From assembly GCA_013265495.1 (NCBI GenBank), contig MU058221.1:5068066-5132065 (forward strand): DNA of 64,000 nucleotides. Direction: 5' to 3'. Positions 58,371 to 64,000 of the stretch are shown in pieces; positions within the stretch are counted from its first letter, which is position 1; each line of letters begins with the position of its first letter. The notes below the pieces were generated by a model. The model worked only from the letters and a program-made list of their open reading frames with translations. It had not been told where the DNA came from and made no database searches. The position numbers and the translations under genes are program-made. This DNA is from Vicugna vicugna. Lineage: Eukaryota.

Positions 58371-61052
58371 TGTCCTGACTTTAAATGCCACTTTTGACAC
58401 ATCCTATATGTCTGACCTTAAACAGAGCATTTAATCCTTCTGTTTTCATCAACTCTGTGAGTGTAATCATCCTCCTTTACTTCTGTGCGTGTTAGCAGCG
58501 AAAGTACTTATAAATGAAACTGAACTATTTGTAATTCCTCCCCCAAGGCTTGTCTAAATACGTCATCTCTGATCATTCTCATCTGATTAAGATAAGTGGG
58601 GGCACTGAGGGCTGCCCTGATTTGAGACTCCGAGTGGGAAGGCAGTGAGGGAACAAGACAGATGAGGACTAGATGTCCTGATTAGCCTAGCATGGGAGAG
58701 CCACCCCAGGCTGGCTGCAGTACAGACGCAGAAGCTGTGTGCGGTGGTGGAACAGGCTAGTCCTTGCCCTCGAGGACTTTACCCTTTAGCCAGGGAGCTA
58801 AGTGTAACCCAGAGAAAATGGTTGAAGAGGGGGTCAGGATCTCCACACCGCGTGGTTCACAGGATGCTCTGAGCTCACTGTGTGCTGGAAAATCAGTGTC
58901 ACACCACAAGAAGAGCTGGGCCCCGGTGGAGCCTGGGTGCAGGGGTGGAGCATAGGCACCCAGCAGGAAGGAAACTGGTGGACGGGACGGGGAAACAGCT
59001 TTAGGAAGGCAGGAAGGGGCCAGAGTGCCGGGGCCTCAGGGCCAGGCTTGATAACAGGTACATTCCATGCATTAGGGAACAGAAAACTGCCACACATTTT
59101 TGAGCAATGAGCCCCAAGGTGAAAGTAGGTTTTTTTTGGAAAGACAGGTTTTACAGAGATGGGCAGGATGAAGTGATGGAAAGATCTTAGGACAAAAAAG
59201 AGATTTTTTTTTCACTCTTTTAAAGAAACTTAAATATTTGCCATATAAGCCATGAATTAGGAGAGGTGGGTCTTCCTCCTGTCAAAGACAGGTCCTTCCC
59301 AGAATATTTGTTTTGCCTTTAAATGAAGTTTATTTACCTTCAAAACAAGAAGCTTACAGTACTGTGAGGTGACTGCAGGTCATGCTCTGCAGGTCCCAAA
59401 TCAGATGGGGGGCGGCGGGGAGGCAGGGAAGTTTCTGCTCAGTATCCCGCAGATTTACAACCACATCTTCCCCACTTGTTACCAAATACCAAACTCCAGC
59501 TACGCACAGTTATGTATGTGCATGTGCATTTAAAAAAAAAAGGAATATTTAGCCTACAAAATATGAACCCATTGGTATTTCAGAGATGAGCACTGAGGTT
59601 CAATTGGGCACTTTTTTTGTGATCAGCTTTCCCGTATTATCAACCCTGCAGACCCAGCTCATTGAAAGAAATGTATTAATTTGCTTTTTCAACTTCTCTA
59701 TTCCGTAGAATTTTGCTTCCTTTTTTTTATGCATAACACCATAAAGAAGTTCTACTGAGTGTTCTGGCAGATTGAGGGGAGGGGGAGGGAGAAACTAATT
59801 TAAAAGCGAGAAAGAGGGACTTACCTCTTATTTGGTATTTATTTTTTATTTCTTTTCTCTGCGGGAGCATCTTCACCATTGTATGTTGAAATGCAACATA
59901 GATGGGCGCAGAATACGTGGAAGGCGCTGACCTATGTGAAGTCCTGATTCCTGCTCTCCGGGGACTTCCAGTCCAGTTGGGCAGTCTGTATGGAATGAGC
60001 TATATGTTCTGGGTCAGGACAGAGGTCTCGAGGAGGGGGCGATGGTCAAATGTTAAAGGAGTCTGGGAAGATTTGGAGGAGGTGGGGCCCCAAGGATGGG
60101 TAGGACCTAAGAGATGGAAGCAGAGGGGCGCGGTCTCTGCAGAGAGAAACCCCAGGCCAGGCTGCAGAGTCTGACACAGGCTGGCCGTGTTTGAAGAACT
60201 TGGCGTGTGGGGTGCACTGGGGAGGAGAGCGGGGACAGAGGGAATGACAAGTCTGTGAGGGCAGGGCCCCCTGGACAAGCAGAGGCTCAGAACCCTGCAT
60301 CCATGGCTGGCTTTGGGGGTCCTGAGCCCAGAAGCTGTGCTGCATTTGGGGTGTGTCTGTGCCCGTGCTGCAGAGATGGCCACGGAGGCCCAAGGGAGTC
60401 TGGGGAGACCTCTGCAGACCTCAGCTAAAGGTTCTGGGTCTTACCCCATGGAAGCCAATGAGTCTGGGGGCTGAAAAGAGGATTATCACAGGGAAAAGTT
60501 ATTCTGTATGGGTTTCATTGCTGCTGTTTGGTTTTTATTTTTTAAAGGTTAATCCAGCGGTGGTGATGACCAAGCAGGGAGATGATTTCAGTCCCTTATG
60601 GTTCAGCCATGAGGTGAAAAAGGCCCAAACACAATGATGAGATGGGCAGGAAAACCATAAAGGACAAATTGGCAAGAGTCTGTGACCACATGTGATGGGA
60701 GGAAAAGAATGTATTAGTGAATCAAAGTGACCAATCAGCTCGGGCTACGGGTCACTAGGTTTGCACACAACATTGGCTTATGTCTGTAACGTGTTGCTTT
60801 GAACAACAGCTTTTGCTTACGAACTGCCCCAGGGATCGTTTTCCTAAGGATAAACGTGCCTTCAGAAGTGACCAATGAACTCAGCTCCTTCCTGATGGAG
60901 GGCTGGGTCAGGACACCCTGTCAAGCCAATAGGGGCCGCACATGTAAGGGTTTCCAGGAGAAAGCCACCACAGGCCTCAGAGATTCGTCAGGTTTCACTG
61001 TTATATCTTCCTTTTAAATTATTATTATAAGGGTAACATAAAGCCATTGAAA

Positions 61053-61186
61053 GAGGGGAGGGTGTAGCTCAAGCAGGAGAGCACATGGTTAGCATGCACG
61101 AGGTCTCGGGTTCAATCCCCAGGACCTCTTCTAAAAATAAATAAATAAGCCTAATTACCCCCCCCAAGATAAATAAATAAATAAGT
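61053..61186 (+). mobile_element. Vic-1-like SINE
   Basis: TSD AAA(G/A)CCATTGAA. Confidence 0.88.
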
Positions 61187-61849
61187 AAAACCATTGAAGA
61201 GAGTGGAGAAAATGGGAGAAAAGATTTCTACTTTTGGCTGTTGGTAGATATATCCCTGAATAATCCTGCTGACTGAGGCAGCAGATGACCTGGAATAAAA
61301 GTCCATATTTGTTGAAATCCTACTACACTCAGGGCACTTCAGGATTTTAAAACAATGAGTTCAAAAGCAAGCTGTAACAGGGAAATTAATGTGTTTTTTT
61401 TGACACCACATTCACTTAGTTGAAGAAATATTAAAACTTTTATTATCTTGAAAATAAATGAGTTAGTCAGAATGCTGTTTCCTGACATCTGCTGGGTTTT
61501 CACTGGGCTTTTTGGCTTTGTGAACAGAGTTTGCTCTTGCCTACATGGCTCTGAGTGGTTCTTGTGAGCGGGAGAGACTTTGCCCAAGCCACAAGGGAGA
61601 TTTTCCATGTTGCCCAGGCCAGGTTGTCACCTCCTGTGCCCAGAAGTGGGGGTCACCACAGTGCCAGCTGACAGGCTTCTCTCTGGTCCTGCCTCAAAGC
61701 CCCTTTCCAACAGGGCTGCTAGACCCCGAGGATAAACAGCAGGGGCTGAGACTTGGGACCACATGGGAAGCTGGGAATCCCTTTGGAAAATCAATGTAGC
61801 ATTATCTAGACAAGTTGAAAGGGAATAAACTTTCCCAGAAATAACCCCA

Positions 61850-62910
61850 GAGAACCTTTTGACCGTGGGTCCCAGTAGTCACATACAAAAATGTTCATAG
61901 CAGCACTGCCAGAGTCTGTCAAAAAAAAAAAAAAAGCTGCAAACAATCCAAACTTCCATTGAGAGGAGACTGGAGTTAAAAATGGTAGAGTATTCACACA
62001 GTACAGTACCAAACGGCTATAGGCATAGATGAATGTCACAAACATCACTGAGTGGTGAGAAAAGCAAATCAAAGAATACACACTATATGATTTATTTTAT
62101 ATATAGTTCAAAAGCCAAAACAACATAAATGTCCATCAACAGATGACTGGATGAAGAAGTTGTGCCTTATACACACACACAAACACACACACACACAATG
62201 GAATACTACTTAGCCATAAAAAAGAAAAATAATGCCATTTGCTGCAACATGGATGGACCTGGAGATCATCATTCCAAGTGAAGTAAGCCAGAAAGATAAA
62301 GAAAAATACCAATCACTTATAGTGGAATCTAAAAGAATGACATGAATGAACTTACAAAACAGAAACAGACTCACAGACATAGAAAACAAACTTATGGTTA
62401 CTGGAGGGGAAGGAGGTAGGAAGGTTTAAATTGGGAATTTGAGATTTGCAGACATTAACTACTGTATATAAAATAGATAAACAAGTTTATACTGTATAGC
62501 ACAGGGAACTATATAACTTGTGGTAACCTATAATGAAAAATGATATGAAAAAGGATATATGTATGCATATGTATGACTGAAACATTATGCTGTACACCAG
62601 AAATTGACATGACATTGTAAACTGACTATGCTTCAATTTAAAAAAAAAGTGTTAAAAAAAGTTCAAAACCCATGCAAAATCAGCATATTCCTCAGAGATG
62701 GGGTTTTTTTCAGGTGAAATTATGAAGAAAATCAAGGGAATAAGCAAAAAAATTTAGGCAGGGGCTGGGATGGGGAGAGGTACACAGAGGGGCTTCAGTG
62801 GTGTGGGCTACAACTTACATCTTAAACTGAGTTGTAGGTGGTTAGTTGGGTGATCACGTTTTATATTTTCTCATATGACCTATTCTTTTGTACGCATTTA
62901 ATATTTAATT
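61850..62910 (+). mobile_element. Old L1 3' region with a younger L1 3' end inserted (about 62120-62650)
   Basis: aaatgtccatcaacagatgactggat...gcaacatggatggacctggagat...ctgtatagcacagggaactata...gactatgcttcaat plus A-tail. Confidence 0.85.
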
Positions 62911-63190
62911 AGGTTTTGAAAAACAAGATAGGGGCGGAAGTCGCCTGCAAAAGACGTAATTACAAAGCCTTATCTGATAATTCCGGAACTCAAAACTCAT
63001 CAGCTCTCTCTTTGTTTAACAGTCAGACAAACAAAATGAAAAGGCCAAGTACATATACAGAGCAAATGGAGACGGAGAAAAATGACCCCAGAGCTCCAAA
63101 TTTCTCCGTCTGCTGGATCACATTTGCCTTTTAGCTGTTCCTCTTTTTTATTTTTCATTTATTATTGTGGTCAAAAACATGTCTTGAAGC

Positions 63191-63280
63191 GGAGAGAGTG
63201 TAGCTCAGTGGTAGAGCGCATGCTTAGTGTGCATGAGGTCCTGTGTTCAATCCCCAGTACCTACCTCCATCAAAAAAAAA
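63191..63280 (+). mobile_element. Short Vic-1-like SINE
   Basis: tRNA head plus A-tail. Confidence 0.85.
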
Positions 63281-63499
63281 TTTTTTTTTAATTTCTTGAG
63301 TCTCATAAGCTAGACACAGTGTAGGCTGTGAGGACTGGACAGTGGAGAGACATGGTTCCTGCCCTTGTGGAGAAGACAGGTAATTAAGCAATAACCGTAA
63401 ATGAGGACAAGTGCTTCCTGGAAGTACAGGAGGCTGGGGAAGCACAGGGCAGCTGCAGGCAACTGAGCCCAGCCCGGGAGATGTGCTTTAGAGGGTAAT

Positions 63500-63740
63500 G
63501 AGGACTGACGCTACTGCGTGCTCGGCCATGTTCTAGGCACTTGACACATTGTATACATCATACGTGAACTCACAGAGTTCTGACAGCAAAGCTAGGAAGG
63601 TAGGTGCTATCATTATCCCCATCTGTAAGATGGGGAAACTGAGGCACAGAGATGTTAAGTGACCAGCCCGAGGTCACACAGCCACGATGTGTGCAGAGCC
63701 AGGATTTAAGCCCCGGCACCCTGGCATGCTTAAGCACCGG
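63500..63740 (-). mobile_element. MIR
   Basis: ggtaggtgctatcattatccccat...agatggggaaactgaggcacagagatgttaagtgac..gcccgaggtcacacagc core. Confidence 0.88.
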
Positions 63741-64000
63741 GCTCTGCTGCCCCTCATGTTTCCCTGAGAAGGTGACATTCTGCCTGAGACCCGAGTGAGG
63801 AAGAGCAGTTGGGCAGGAACAGAGGCGGGGGATAAGACTTCCGGGCAGGGCCTGGGTGTGTATTGCTTGATGGTGATACAAGGAGCTAAAATAAGTAGTT
63901 AGCCACAAAAAAGTGTGAAAGACCCTTCCAGCTGAGAACAGTCCTCTTTCATCTTTTTTTCAGACCTTGGCCTAGCGGAAGCCGTGCAGGGATGAGGTGA

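Overview
Mammalian genomic DNA, almost certainly from a camelid (alpaca/llama/camel): it carries 16 copies of a tRNA-Ala(AGC)-derived SINE of the Vic-1 type. The only protein-coding gene I can support is SH2D6 (SLNK; SLP-76/BLNK/CLNK adaptor family) on the + strand. I reconstructed it by hand as 16 phase-consistent GT-AG coding exons from 8912 to 15031 (1083 nt, 360 aa). The ATG sits alone at the end of the first coding exon, and there is a C-terminal SH2 domain. A CpG island with no assignable gene follows at about 15.9-16.6 kb. The remaining ~47 kb is intergenic and rich in repeats: L1, L2, MIR, MaLR/ERV LTRs, hAT-Charlie MERs and SINEs. By recalled human synteny this is the CAPG-SH2D6-MAT2A interval, but no CAPG or MAT2A coding exon was recognised. 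I see no new multi-gene system. Best leads: an ETS/octamer/SOX cluster just upstream of the SH2D6 start (tuft-cell POU2F3 logic); a probable lineage-specific donor loss extending exon 6; the orphan CpG island; a 100-bp dispersed duplication. Repeat family names come from recognition by eye, not RepeatMasker, and their boundaries are approximate unless a TSD is given.
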